Shown: positions 27,109 to 36,375 of the stretch, in pieces
Layout: every line of letters begins with the position of its first letter
How positions within the stretch are numbered: position 1 is the stretch's first letter
Source: Candidatus Pelethomonas sp.
GTDB taxonomy: Bacteria; Bacillota; Clostridia; Oscillospirales; Oscillospiraceae
DNA length: 56,918 nucleotides
NCBI GenBank assembly: GCA_045615065.1
Contig: JAZLEB010000043.1
Location: 1-56,918, forward strand
Direction of reading: 5' to 3'
Program-made: the position numbers and the translations under genes
The notes under the pieces: generated by a model
The model's input: only the letters and a program-made list of their open reading frames with translations
What the model was told of the DNA's origin: nothing
The model's database searches: none

Positions 27109-27723
27109 GTGAAGAAGAATTTTAAGAAGATCATGTCCCTCGCATTGGCTCTGGTCATGAGCCTGAGTTTTGCTGTCTGTGCCAGTGCTGCGGAAGTTGA
27201 TTCCAACGGCGGCTCCGGTTCTACCCCCGTCAGCCTGACCACCACCAACGACGGCATCGGCGGTAGTCCCACCACCACGCCCACCAAGATGTCCGTTATC
27301 GTCCCCACCGCTCTGCCTATGGCGATGGCTGACGACGGTACCGTTGTCACTGCCACCGACTGCAAAATCATCAACAACTCCTACGGTGCTGTACGTGTCA
27401 AAAGCGTAACCATCAGTGCGGCAAGAAACTGGAATCTGACTGCCTTCGGTGCCAAGGAGACCCTGGCATCCGCGAAGGTAGACAGTAATCAGCTGGGCTT
27501 CGCCATTCGAATCGGCGGCGGTATGCAGGTGCAGACCACAACGAATAACGCTACCCAGCAGCTCATCAGTGCTCCCATTGCCGGTTGCTACATGACTGGC
27601 GTCGGCGACCTGACCGGTAATACTGTTGCCATTGAGTACGCAGCTATCGTTACCCCCATGTCTTCTGCTGTGTCCAATGCAACGGTTGCCAATATCGTTT
27701 TTGTCATCGAGTGGGATACCTGA
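27109..27723 (+). CDS. Secreted protein, paralog 1 of a shared ~130-aa surface domain
   Basis: GTG start after an AAAGGAGAA RBS. Signal peptide is VKKNFKKIMSLALALVMSLSFAVCASA. The domain ...SVIVPTALP...CKIINNSYGAVRVKSVTISAARNWNLTAF...AKVDSNQLGFAI...IEYAAIV...ANIVFVIEWDT is shared with 27815.. and the C-terminus of 28331.. Confidence 0.6.
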   Translation: MKKNFKKIMSLALALVMSLSFAVCASAAEVDSNGGSGSTPVSLTTTNDGIGGSPTTTPTKMSVIVPTALPMAMADDGTVVTATDCKIINNSYGAVRVKSVTISAARNWNLTAFGAKETLASAKVDSNQLGFAIRIGGGMQVQTTTNNATQQLISAPIAGCYMTGVGDLTGNTVAIEYAAIVTPMSSAVSNATVANIVFVIEWDT

Positions 27724-27814
27724 TCTGACGCAACGAGGATAAACAACACAATACATGAAACGAGGAGGGCGGCTTTTCGGAGCCGCCTTCTTCCTGAAAC
27801 GGAGGAAATATTTC

Positions 27815-28321
27815 ATGAAAGCGAAACGCTTTTCTGCGCTGTTTCTTGCCTTTGCCATGATTCTGGCTTTCGGCACGGTGGCCCTTGCCGCTGATTCAAC
27901 AACGGCATCTGTCCCCGTTACGCTGACTGTCAGCAATGAGTACCGTGCGGTCAATGTTACGGTCCCTGCGTCTCTGCCCGTTGAGGTTATCAACGGCGTG
28001 GTCATCACAGCAGACAATGCAAAGATTACCAACAACGCCAAGAACGGTGCGGTACAAATCACGAACATCTCCGTCACGGATGGTGCGTACAAAGTCGGTG
28101 ATTACGAGAATTTCAGCGGCAGCAAGACGATTGCTCTGAAAATCAACGGATGCCCCACTATTGGCGTGGGTGCTTTGGCACTGAATGATGCCGCGTTCCC
28201 CATCATCAACGCTGGAGAGAGTCAGGCGCTGACATACTTTGCCAAGGTGTCCGGTGATGCACCTAATGCAGAGAATGTGCAGGCTGCAAATGTGATCATT
28301 ACGATTTCCATCGTAGGATAA
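27815..28321 (+). CDS. Secreted protein, paralog 2 of the shared surface domain
   Basis: Signal peptide is MKAKRFSALFLAFAMILAFGTVALA (start trimmed; GGAGGA RBS). The domain is NVTVPASLP...AKITNNAKNGAVQITNISVT...LTYFAKV...ANVIITISIVG. Confidence 0.6.
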   Translation: MKAKRFSALFLAFAMILAFGTVALAADSTTASVPVTLTVSNEYRAVNVTVPASLPVEVINGVVITADNAKITNNAKNGAVQITNISVTDGAYKVGDYENFSGSKTIALKINGCPTIGVGALALNDAAFPIINAGESQALTYFAKVSGDAPNAENVQAANVIITISIVG

Positions 28322-28330
28322 GGAGGGCCA

Positions 28331-30655
28331 ATGAAAAAGAAAAACAGTTTTACCCAGCGTGTTCTCTCCCTGCTGTTGGTATTCCTGATGGTGGTGACGC
28401 TGTTCCCAACCTCGGCATGTGCAGCAGAAAGCTGCACGGGTGACGGACACATGGAGTCGGTATATGAGATCGGCAATGATACAGAAATCGTGGAGATTGC
28501 GACCAGCGGCACAGTTGGCGAAAGTGAGGTCTATTGGGCATTTGATGCGGAAACCGGTCGGCTGACGATCAGCGGCAACGGTGGCTGTGATACCTTTACC
28601 AGCGTGGACGATCAGCCCTGGGCACATCTGCGAGCCGAAATTCGTGAGGTGTGGTTCGATGGTATGGATAAACTGTCAATCGAGAGTCTGGCATACTGGT
28701 TTGACGGTTGCACGGCATTGACAACCGCTGAGATTCCCTACACCACTCCCTTGATTGGCGAGAACGCATTTGCAGATTGTGACGCACTGGAAGGCTTGAT
28801 GCTCTACTACGATGGCGAGGGATTCACCATTACTCCGGGTGCATTCGCTACCGATGATTGGAGCGCTCTTGAGGTTGCGTTTATTGCATTCTCGGAAAGC
28901 ACCATGCAAACGATCTATACATTCGATTGGGCAAGCGAGAATCGCTTTACGCGATTTGTAGATGTATACGGACTTGTCCATCTTGAAACAGGATACTGCC
29001 CTTACTGTAAGGACACTTATAGCTATACGCTCGAGTATGAGTACTGGTCGGAATTCAGTCATACATTGCGTTTCTGGTGTTCCAACTGTGGACAGGATCA
29101 AAGTATGGGGTTCAGTAACGAAAACCATACTTTCAGTAACAGCGGAACCTGTACGCTGTGCCAATATTACGACGAATCAAAAGATAACACGATTTGCGAA
29201 CACGATTCTACCAGCACCACATGGTCGGGATGCGATTGGTCCGAATATTGTGACAACTGTGATGAGTTGATCGATTACGGCACAACCCACGGCACCTATA
29301 CCTACGGCGATTGGGAATACTACACGACCTCTCAGCATCGTCGTACCTATACCTGTGACGACTGTGGAGAGGGCTCCTATTCCTACGGTTACCACTCCAC
29401 GACTACAGAATACAGTAAATACAGCGCTACCCAGCATACCGAGGGATCTTACTGCTCTGGCTGCGAAAGCTACATTGGCTCCACTACCAAGGTAAGCCAC
29501 AGTTTTACCTATGGTTCCTGGGCTTCCTATGACGATTCTCAGCATCGCAGGACAAAGACCTGTTCCGACTGCGGGTACAGCACCTATGAGTACGCAGATC
29601 ATTCTCTGACCTACGGTAGCTATACTTCCTACAATACCACCCAGCATCGCAGAAAGGTGTCCTGCTCCTGCGGCTACTTTACCTACGAGTATGTAAACCA
29701 CACGATTACCACCGGCTCTTGGATCAGTGCTTCGGATACCCAGCACTCTCGTACCAAGTCTTGTTCTGTGTGCAGTTACAGCACCACGGAAACAAAATCC
29801 CATTCCATCACTAATGGAACTTGGACAAATATATCAGCGACACAACACCAGCGCACCAACAAGTGCTCTTCCTGTAATTACAGCAAGACGGAGAAAGCCT
29901 CCCATACGATCTCCAGTACTGCATGGACGAGCATTTCTTCTACACAACACCAGAGAACAAATTCCTGTGCTACCTGTTCGTACAGCGCCACCGAGAAAAC
30001 AAGCCACAGCATCAGCAGCACAGCGTGGAAGAGCATATCAGATACGCAGCACTCCAGAACCAATAGCTGCTCCTGTGGTTACTCTGCCGTCGAGGTGGTT
30101 TCCCATACCATCACACATTCCGCTTGGGTCAGCATTTCAGCGAAGCAACATCAGCGTACCAATAGTTGTTCTTGCGGATATTCCGTGAAGGAGACTGTTG
30201 CCCATGCAGACGGTAACGCAGATGATTGCTGCGATAGCTGTAATTATCTGATGACCAGGTTCTCCGTTACCGTTCCTGCCAATCTCAGTCTGATGATGGC
30301 ATCTAACGGTGAGATTAGCTCTGCTACCACGGCAGCGATCATCAACAACTCCACTGATGCTGTAGAGGTGACAGCTATTACCATCACTGCCGCAGGCGAT
30401 TGGACGCTGGTTCCGTTCAACCACAATATGGCGGCAGCAAAGGTAGACTCCAAGCTCATCGGCTTCTCTATCAACGGTGCTGTGACAGCGAGAACCGGCA
30501 GGAGCGAGCAGTTGTCTCTTCCCGGTGACTGGACGATTGCCAAGGGCGCATCCCTGCCTCTGACCTATGATGCGGTGGCGTCCGCAACCTCTGTGGCGAT
30601 CAATAACGAACAGGTGCTGACACTGGTGTTCGTGATTGATTGGGTGGACAGATGA
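28331..30655 (+). CDS. 774-aa secreted surface protein: BspA-type leucine-rich-repeat region, Cys-rich region, nine H..W..QH.RT..C.(1-2)C.Y repeats and the shared C-terminal surface domain
   Basis: Signal peptide is MKKKNSFTQRVLSLLLVFLMVVTLFPTSACA. LRR_5-like segment is EVWFDGMDKLSIESLAYWFDGCTALTTAEIPYTTPLIGENAFADCDALEGLML. The repeats are listed in the findings. The C-terminus is RFSVTVPANL...AIINNSTDAVEVTAITITAAGDWTLVPF...AKVDSKLIGFSI...LTYDAVA...LTLVFVIDWVDR. There is no LPXTG motif. Confidence 0.75.
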   Translation: MKKKNSFTQRVLSLLLVFLMVVTLFPTSACAAESCTGDGHMESVYEIGNDTEIVEIATSGTVGESEVYWAFDAETGRLTISGNGGCDTFTSVDDQPWAHLRAEIREVWFDGMDKLSIESLAYWFDGCTALTTAEIPYTTPLIGENAFADCDALEGLMLYYDGEGFTITPGAFATDDWSALEVAFIAFSESTMQTIYTFDWASENRFTRFVDVYGLVHLETGYCPYCKDTYSYTLEYEYWSEFSHTLRFWCSNCGQDQSMGFSNENHTFSNSGTCTLCQYYDESKDNTICEHDSTSTTWSGCDWSEYCDNCDELIDYGTTHGTYTYGDWEYYTTSQHRRTYTCDDCGEGSYSYGYHSTTTEYSKYSATQHTEGSYCSGCESYIGSTTKVSHSFTYGSWASYDDSQHRRTKTCSDCGYSTYEYADHSLTYGSYTSYNTTQHRRKVSCSCGYFTYEYVNHTITTGSWISASDTQHSRTKSCSVCSYSTTETKSHSITNGTWTNISATQHQRTNKCSSCNYSKTEKASHTISSTAWTSISSTQHQRTNSCATCSYSATEKTSHSISSTAWKSISDTQHSRTNSCSCGYSAVEVVSHTITHSAWVSISAKQHQRTNSCSCGYSVKETVAHADGNADDCCDSCNYLMTRFSVTVPANLSLMMASNGEISSATTAAIINNSTDAVEVTAITITAAGDWTLVPFNHNMAAAKVDSKLIGFSINGAVTARTGRSEQLSLPGDWTIAKGASLPLTYDAVASATSVAINNEQVLTLVFVIDWVDR
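29288..30247 (+). repeat. Nine-plus tandem ~33-34-codon repeats (His2-Cys2 pattern) within the surface protein gene
   Basis: Example units: HSFTYGSWASYDDSQHRRTKTCSDCGYSTYEYAD, HTITTGSWISASDTQHSRTKSCSVCSYSTTETKS, HSITNGTWTNISATQHQRTNKCSSCNYSKTEKAS, HTISSTAWTSISSTQHQRTNSCATCSYSATEKTS, HTITHSAWVSISAKQHQRTNSCSCGYSVKETVA. Confidence 0.8.
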
Positions 30656-30689
30656 TCTGTCCGCCTAACCCGGAAGGGGGTGACACATC

Positions 30690-31154
30690 ATGCAGGAGGA
30701 AGTGGAGAGCAAAGTTGCTGTCCTGATCGTTAATACGGGTAAGCTCACCGAGCAGGAGCTTCACAAAGCGCTGGCGGCAATGCTACGGGAACTGAAGGGT
30801 AAAATGGACGATGCGAAACACCCCCACGGAAAAATGACAGTGAAACAACTTGCCGCACAGAATCACGGAATGCAGAGTATCGAGGTGTCGGATAAAAACA
30901 TCGGCTCGTTCAATCGGATCGCGCGAAAATACGGCATCGACTTTGCTCCATTTAAGGTCAAGGGCGAGAATAAGTATCTGATCTTTTTCAAAGCACCGGA
31001 TAAGGATGCGATGACAGCAGCGTTCAAGGAGTACACCGCCAAGCAGATCGGAAAATCGCAGCGCCCCTCCGTACTGCAAAAGCTTCAGCATTTCAAATCC
31101 CTCATCAAAACAGCAGTGGTGGATCGAACGAAAAAGAAGGAGTGGGAGCGATGA
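30690..31154 (+). CDS. PcfB-family (DUF3801) conjugation accessory protein
   Basis: Its position immediately upstream of, and overlapping, the coupling-protein gene, plus ...MTVKQLAAQNHGMQSIEVSDKNIGSFNRIARKYGIDFAPFKVKGENKYLIFFKAPDKDAMTAAF, is typical of PcfB. Confidence 0.65.
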   Translation: MQEEVESKVAVLIVNTGKLTEQELHKALAAMLRELKGKMDDAKHPHGKMTVKQLAAQNHGMQSIEVSDKNIGSFNRIARKYGIDFAPFKVKGENKYLIFFKAPDKDAMTAAFKEYTAKQIGKSQRPSVLQKLQHFKSLIKTAVVDRTKKKEWER

Positions 31155-32200
31155 AGCGTACAAACTTCAAAAAGCTCCTGCTCCTCAATTCACCCTATCT
31201 GCTTTTTGTTTACATGGGAATGAAACTGAGTGAAGCTGTGCGGCTCACACCGGGGATGGACTTTTCTGAAAAGTTTCTGTATCTCCCGGACGGATTTTCT
31301 GCAGCGTTTTCTTCTGCACTTCCAAGTGTTCATCCGGCAGACCTCTGTGTAGGCATTGCCTGTGCGTTGCTTGTTCGCTTGGTAGTTTATGTCAAGGGAA
31401 AAAACGCCAAGAAGTTTCGCAAAAACAAAGAGTACGGTAGTGCCAGATGGGGCAGTCCGGAGGACATCGCACCATACATGGATGCTGATTTTTCCAATAA
31501 CATCATCCTCACGCAGACGGAACAGCTGACCATGAACAACCGTCCGAAAGATCCGCTTACATCACGCAATAAGAATGTGCTTGTGATCGGAGGAAGTGGT
31601 TCCGGTAAAACCCATTTCTGGCTCAAGCCTAATCTGCTCCAATGTACATCTGAGCAGTACCCCGTCAGCTTTGTGGTCATAGATCCCAAAGGCTCCGTTG
31701 TGATAGAGTGCGGAAACGCACTCCTAAAACACGGATATCGGCTGAAAATCCTCAACACCATCAATTTCAAAAAGTCCATGCACTACAATCCCTTTGCCTA
31801 CATCCATAGCGAAAAGGATATTTTGAAGCTGGTTACCTGCTTAATTGCCAATACCAAGGGCGAAGGAAAAGCCGGTGATGATTTCTGGGTGAAGGCAGAA
31901 ACGCTGCTTTACACGGCACTTATCGGCTATATTCACTATGAAGCACCGGTGGAGGAACAGAATTTTTCCACGCTGATCGAGTTCATCAATGCTATGGAGG
32001 TTCGAGAAGACGATGAGGAGTTCAAGAACAGCGTAGATCTCATGTTTGAGGAACTGGAAAAAGAAAAGCCCAATCACTTTGCAGTACGTCAATATGCCAA
32101 ATATAAATTAGCCGCGGGAGTTGTATGCTTTAAGAGACTTCTTAATCACACGATTAGGAAGTCCCTTAAAACATATAACGAAGGAAGGAGATACACTTGA
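31151..32200 (+). pseudogene. VirD4/TraG-type type IV coupling protein, N-terminal fragment (interrupted after codon 322; 27 foreign codons, then stop)
   Basis: Two N-terminal transmembrane segments. Walker A is NVLVIGGSGSGKTHFWLKPNL. Homology ends at ...AVRQYAKYKLAAG (GGA at 32117-32119), after which the frame reads element sequence VVCFKRLLNHTIRKSLKTYNEGRRYT*. Confidence 0.85.
32132..32148. repeat. Left terminal inverted repeat of the nested element
   Basis: AAGAGACTTCTTAATCA. It matches the reverse complement of 42185-42200 (AAGGACTTTTTAATCA) at 15 positions with one gap. Confidence 0.6.
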
Positions 32201-34086
32201 GCAAGAAACAAATCACTGCTCTTTACGAGCGTCTAAGCCGTGATGACGACTTGGAGGGCGAATCCAACAGTATATCCAATCAAAAGAAGCAGTTGGAAGA
32301 TTATGCCCGTCAGCATGGTTTTCCCAACCCTGTCCACTTCACGGACGATGGTATCAGCGGCACTTGCTTTGATCGCCCCGGCTTTCTGGCAATGATGAGA
32401 GAAGTTGAAGCCGGGAATGTCGAGTATTTGTGCATCAAGGACATGAGCCGTCTGGGGCGTGATTATCTGAAGGTCGGTCAGATCATGGAGATCCTCCGAC
32501 AGAAAGGTGTCCGTCTTATTGCCATCAACGATGGTGTGGACAGTGCCAGAGGGGACGATGACTTCACTCCCTTCCGCAACATCATGAACGAGTATTACGC
32601 CAGAGACACAAGCCGTAAAATTCGTTCCACTTTCCAATCCAAAGGCAAGACGGGCAAGCACCTCACAGGCTTAGTCATTTATGGCTACCTCTGGAACGAG
32701 AAGCGAGACCAGTGGCTCATAGATGAAGAAGCCGCAGCAGTGGTAAAACGCATCTTCTCCATGACGATTGATGGATTGGGACCATATCAGATTGCCCAGA
32801 AGCTGACAGACGAACAGGTTCTCATTCCGGCTGCTCACCTTGCCCAGCATGGTGAGGGAGTGAACAAGAGCAAATCCTTCAAGAATATCTACGGATGGGG
32901 TTCATCTACCATCGTCAACATCCTGCAAAAGCGTGAGTATCTGGGTCACACCATCAACTTCAAGACACGAAAACACTTCAAGGACAAGAAAAGCCATTAT
33001 GTCCCAGAGGATGAATGGACGATTTTTGAGAATACCCACGAACCAATCATTGACCAAGAGACATTTGATCTGGTTCAAAAAGTCCGCAGCAATGTGAGGC
33101 GGTATCCAAACGGTTGGGGCGAGACAGCACCTCTGACGGGATTGCTTTTCTGCGCCGATTGTGGTGGCAAGATGTATGTCCATCGGACAAACAACGGCAA
33201 GCGGATTTCTCAATACACTTGTTCCCAGTACAGCAAAATCCCTGTAGGTGAACTTTGTTCCACCCAACATCGTATCAACGAGGATGTTGTTCTGGAGTTG
33301 ATCTCCGACCTCTTGAAGGCGATTGCCGACTACGCCAAACACGATAGAGCGGACTTTATTCGCGTCGTACAGCAAGCGCAGGACAATCAGCAGTCCTACG
33401 AAGTCAAACGGCAAAAGACCCGTCTTGCAGCCGCGAAAAACAGGAAGGATGAGCTGGAAACGCTCCTCTGCAAGATTTACGAGGACAATATCTTGGGCAA
33501 GCTGTCAGATGACAGATATACCACTCTGGATGCTAAATATGCCAAGGAACAATCTGACCTTGCAGAGGAGATTGCTGCCATTGAAAACAGTCTCGCGTCA
33601 TACGAGAAAAACAAGAAGTCCGCAGAACGCTTTATCTCTCTGATCGAGAAATATGAGAACTTCGATCATCTGTCCATTGCAATGCTCAATGAACTTGTTG
33701 ACAAGATTCTTGTTCACGAGCGTGACCGCAAAGGCAGCAAACAGACCACACAGGAGATCGAGGTGTTCTTCAACTTTGTTGGGCGGTTTGTCCCTCCCTC
33801 TTTTGGCGAGGAGCTTACGCCGGAGGAAATGGAAGCGATCCGCAAGCGTGAAGCACGAAAGGACAGGCTGCATCAAAACTACTTGAAGCGAAAAGCAAGC
33901 GGCAAGCAAAAAGAGTATGAAGAACGGATACGAGCCAAGAAAAAAGCGGAGCTTGACGTAAAGAAAGATGCTCTCCGGGCAGAGGATATTGCCCATGGCG
34001 TATTTGTTCCGGTGAGCAATCTTCCTGTGCTTGAGCCGAGAAAGAATACGGATCATCCAATTCATACATCTACCCAGTACGCATAA
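32197..34086 (+). CDS. Large serine recombinase (TnpX/TndX class)
   Basis: TTG start after a GAAGGAAGGAGA RBS. The resolvase catalytic domain is ALYERLSRDDDLEGESNSISNQK...LCIKDMSRLGRDY...IAINDGVDS. It continues with a recombinase domain, a zinc ribbon (CADCGGKMYV...YTCSQY) and a long coiled-coil C-terminus. Confidence 0.9.
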   Translation: MSKKQITALYERLSRDDDLEGESNSISNQKKQLEDYARQHGFPNPVHFTDDGISGTCFDRPGFLAMMREVEAGNVEYLCIKDMSRLGRDYLKVGQIMEILRQKGVRLIAINDGVDSARGDDDFTPFRNIMNEYYARDTSRKIRSTFQSKGKTGKHLTGLVIYGYLWNEKRDQWLIDEEAAAVVKRIFSMTIDGLGPYQIAQKLTDEQVLIPAAHLAQHGEGVNKSKSFKNIYGWGSSTIVNILQKREYLGHTINFKTRKHFKDKKSHYVPEDEWTIFENTHEPIIDQETFDLVQKVRSNVRRYPNGWGETAPLTGLLFCADCGGKMYVHRTNNGKRISQYTCSQYSKIPVGELCSTQHRINEDVVLELISDLLKAIADYAKHDRADFIRVVQQAQDNQQSYEVKRQKTRLAAAKNRKDELETLLCKIYEDNILGKLSDDRYTTLDAKYAKEQSDLAEEIAAIENSLASYEKNKKSAERFISLIEKYENFDHLSIAMLNELVDKILVHERDRKGSKQTTQEIEVFFNFVGRFVPPSFGEELTPEEMEAIRKREARKDRLHQNYLKRKASGKQKEYEERIRAKKKAELDVKKDALRAEDIAHGVFVPVSNLPVLEPRKNTDHPIHTSTQYA

Positions 34087-34103
34087 ATAGGAGGTTGCCA
34101 GTT

Positions 34104-34391
34104 ATGATCTTAGATGCACTTTATGAAGGACAGGTCTATCCTGCGGAAACCGTGATTCCACAATGCAAGGAGTTCCGTGAAGCAGAAAGGCAGATATCTA
34201 ACCTCTTGAATCTCTTGGAACAGCGTTTAGAGAAAGACGACTGTGATAGGCTTGAAAACCTCAAGGAGCTGTTCTTCGATAATCATCGTCTTGACTGTAA
34301 GGAGAATTTCAAACACGGCTTTGCGATGGGGGTTCTGCTGATGAAGGAAGTGTATGAACTGTCCTCTGGATATACCAGAGAAACACCATAA
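34104..34391 (+). CDS. Small hypothetical protein (MGE-associated)
   Basis: AGGAGG RBS 9 nt upstream of ATG 34104. The 95-aa helical protein begins MILDALYEGQVYPAETVIPQCKEFREAERQ... Confidence 0.5.
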   Translation: MILDALYEGQVYPAETVIPQCKEFREAERQISNLLNLLEQRLEKDDCDRLENLKELFFDNHRLDCKENFKHGFAMGVLLMKEVYELSSGYTRETP

Positions 34392-34485
34392 GATGTGCAG
34401 CAAAAAGCGGCAGAGATTTGTCAGGATCTCTGCTGCTTTTGCTTTTTATGCTACAAAAAATGAACTACCTAACTGGAGGAGCAAC

Positions 34486-34776
34486 ATGGAAAAACTGACG
34501 AAGTACGAGAAGGAAACGATCATCCTTTTCAATGAAGGCGAGGACACGGCGAGTATCTACACCTACAATGCCGGACTACGAAAGCGGCTTGCAGCATTCA
34601 GTAAGCAGTATCCAGATCACTGTCGTCTGGAACAGTCACACGAGCAAGGCGGGGTGTCTTATGTTCTTGATAAGTCCCGACTGTCCGTCCGTCTGCAACC
34701 GCCGTACAGCGAGGAGCGCAGGCAAAAAGCCAGCGAGAACGCCAAGAAAAACGGTTTCAGCAGTCAATCGGAATAA
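34486..34776 (+). CDS. Small hypothetical protein (MGE-associated)
   Basis: Start trimmed to MEKLTKYEKETIILFNEGEDTASIYTYNAGLRKRL (CTGGAGGAG RBS). 96 aa. Confidence 0.5.
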   Translation: MEKLTKYEKETIILFNEGEDTASIYTYNAGLRKRLAAFSKQYPDHCRLEQSHEQGGVSYVLDKSRLSVRLQPPYSEERRQKASENAKKNGFSSQSE

Positions 34777-35109
34777 TGTGGCGTTTGGAGCTGGCATGCG
34801 GTCAAAATGTCAGAACTGCATCCGATGTTTGGACCGCAGTATTGCATAGAGTATCAACTATGTCAGTTATGAAAAACACAGTTTCTGCAACCTATATTTC
34901 AAATTCAGTCATTTCCATTAGGTTGAAGAGTTTGTACTTTTATGGTAAAATATGATCCGAAATATGAATTTGCAGAGTTCGACAAACTTGAATTTGTCTA
35001 ACAGAGCAGGGACAAAAATTCCTGCTCTTTATTAAACTATTTTGTTATATTTTCCCGTAGAAGTTGTGTATATAGGTGAAAAGGTAATTTTGAAAGTGAG
35101 GTGAAGCAA

Positions 35110-35670
35110 ATGGATGATGCAAAAATCGTGCAGATGTATTTTGACAGAGATGAGCAGGCTATTCCAGCAACCGCAGACAAGTATGGTAACTACTGTACTT
35201 CTATTGCAAACAATATCTTAGGCAATCACGAAGATGCAGAAGAATGTGTCAATGATACATATCTAAACACCTGGAATTCCATCCCACCCCATAGGCCTAA
35301 AATGCTATCTACATTCCTGGGCAAGATTGTTCGCAATCTGGCATTTAACAGATACAAACGCAACACCGCAGATAAACGGGGAGGTGGTGAAATAACGGCG
35401 GTACTTGACGAATTGGCAAACTGCGTATCTGGAAATGATGATGTTGAGCAAGCCTATGAATACAAAGAACTGACTGCAGGCATCAATGACTTTTTAGCTA
35501 CTCTGCCAGCAGAGAAGCGGAATATCTTTGTATGCCGATACTGGTACACAGATAGCATTGCCGACATTGCCGCTCGGTTTGATATGACCTATTCTGCCGT
35601 GTCCATGATGCTGAACCGACTAAGAACCAAATTACACAACTATCTAATAGAACGGGGGTATGAACTATGA
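35110..35670 (+). CDS. Sigma-70-family (ECF-like) RNA polymerase sigma factor
   Basis: Region 2 is AIPATADKYGNYCTSIANNILGNHEDAEECVNDTYLNTWNSIPP. Region 4 is LPAEKRNIFVCRYWYTDSIADIAARFDMTYSAVSMMLNRLRTKL. Confidence 0.85.
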   Translation: MDDAKIVQMYFDRDEQAIPATADKYGNYCTSIANNILGNHEDAEECVNDTYLNTWNSIPPHRPKMLSTFLGKIVRNLAFNRYKRNTADKRGGGEITAVLDELANCVSGNDDVEQAYEYKELTAGINDFLATLPAEKRNIFVCRYWYTDSIADIAARFDMTYSAVSMMLNRLRTKLHNYLIERGYEL

Positions 35671-36338
35671 AAAAAGAAAATCTTTATGAAGCCATTGGCG
35701 AAATTAACGAAGACTATATCAATGAAGCTCATAAGACCGTAAAAAAGAAATCCCGCCCTGTTTGGGTAAAATGGGTGTCTATGGCAGCCTGTCTATCCCT
35801 CATAGTAATGCTCGGGATTTTCGGCAACCTGTTTCGTTTGCTCGACACACCCGACATCTCCGATAACAGCATCTTATCGTATTTTGTAATCACTGCACAA
35901 GCAGCGAATGGGGAACCAACGGAATTGAACTTTACCAGTAGTTGTATTAATTCGGGAAAATCAAACTGCAATCTTTTTGGACATGATAGGCCACTGTTTC
36001 ATTTTGATGTTAAGCCATCAGAACTCGAAAACAATGAAGCTGTATACCAACGATTTGATATATCTATCTCCTACGACGGAACTACTGTTACTGTTGCGGA
36101 TGAACACATCTCAGTAGCTTATCTCGCTTCTGCTCACTCTTCCCAAACGTATGGGTACTCAATCTTTGGTTGGTTTACAGAACCAACAGATGTTATTGTA
36201 ACAATTACCGATAAAGAAAGCCGTGAAATCGTGGAAATGTTAACGGTAAACGTAAAATATATGGCAGATACGCAAGAGTATGAACTTGAATTGACTAACT
36301 TAACCACAAAGTTCTCTGAGCTATCTACGGCTGATTAA
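35667..36338 (+). CDS. Putative anti-sigma factor (single-pass membrane protein)
   Basis: Its start overlaps the sigma gene's stop (ATGA). It has a short cytoplasmic N-terminus (MKKENLYEAIGEINEDYINEAHK), one transmembrane segment (WVSMAACLSLIVMLGIFG) and a ~150-aa external domain. Confidence 0.55.
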   Translation: MKKENLYEAIGEINEDYINEAHKTVKKKSRPVWVKWVSMAACLSLIVMLGIFGNLFRLLDTPDISDNSILSYFVITAQAANGEPTELNFTSSCINSGKSNCNLFGHDRPLFHFDVKPSELENNEAVYQRFDISISYDGTTVTVADEHISVAYLASAHSSQTYGYSIFGWFTEPTDVIVTITDKESREIVEMLTVNVKYMADTQEYELELTNLTTKFSELSTAD

Positions 36339-36343
36339 GCTGA

Positions 36344-36375
36344 CCAATTCCAATTTGACAAAGGAGTGTGAGATT
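36344..36375 (+). repeat. Junction motif copy A (CCAATTCCAATTTGACAAAGGAGTGTGAGATT)
   Basis: It lies immediately between the anti-sigma stop and ATG 36376. Confidence 0.8.

Noticed and set aside
26232-28627. Long minus-strand ORFs inside the ICE: 26232..27062, 27049..28092, 27896..28627, 42969..43808, 44526..45518, 46341..47444, 47513..48283, 51144..52547, 54358..55599, 55627..56718.
   Set aside because: They are antisense to the co-directional, translationally coupled plus-strand ICE genes. There are no motifs or RBSs, and they would break an otherwise uniform operon structure.
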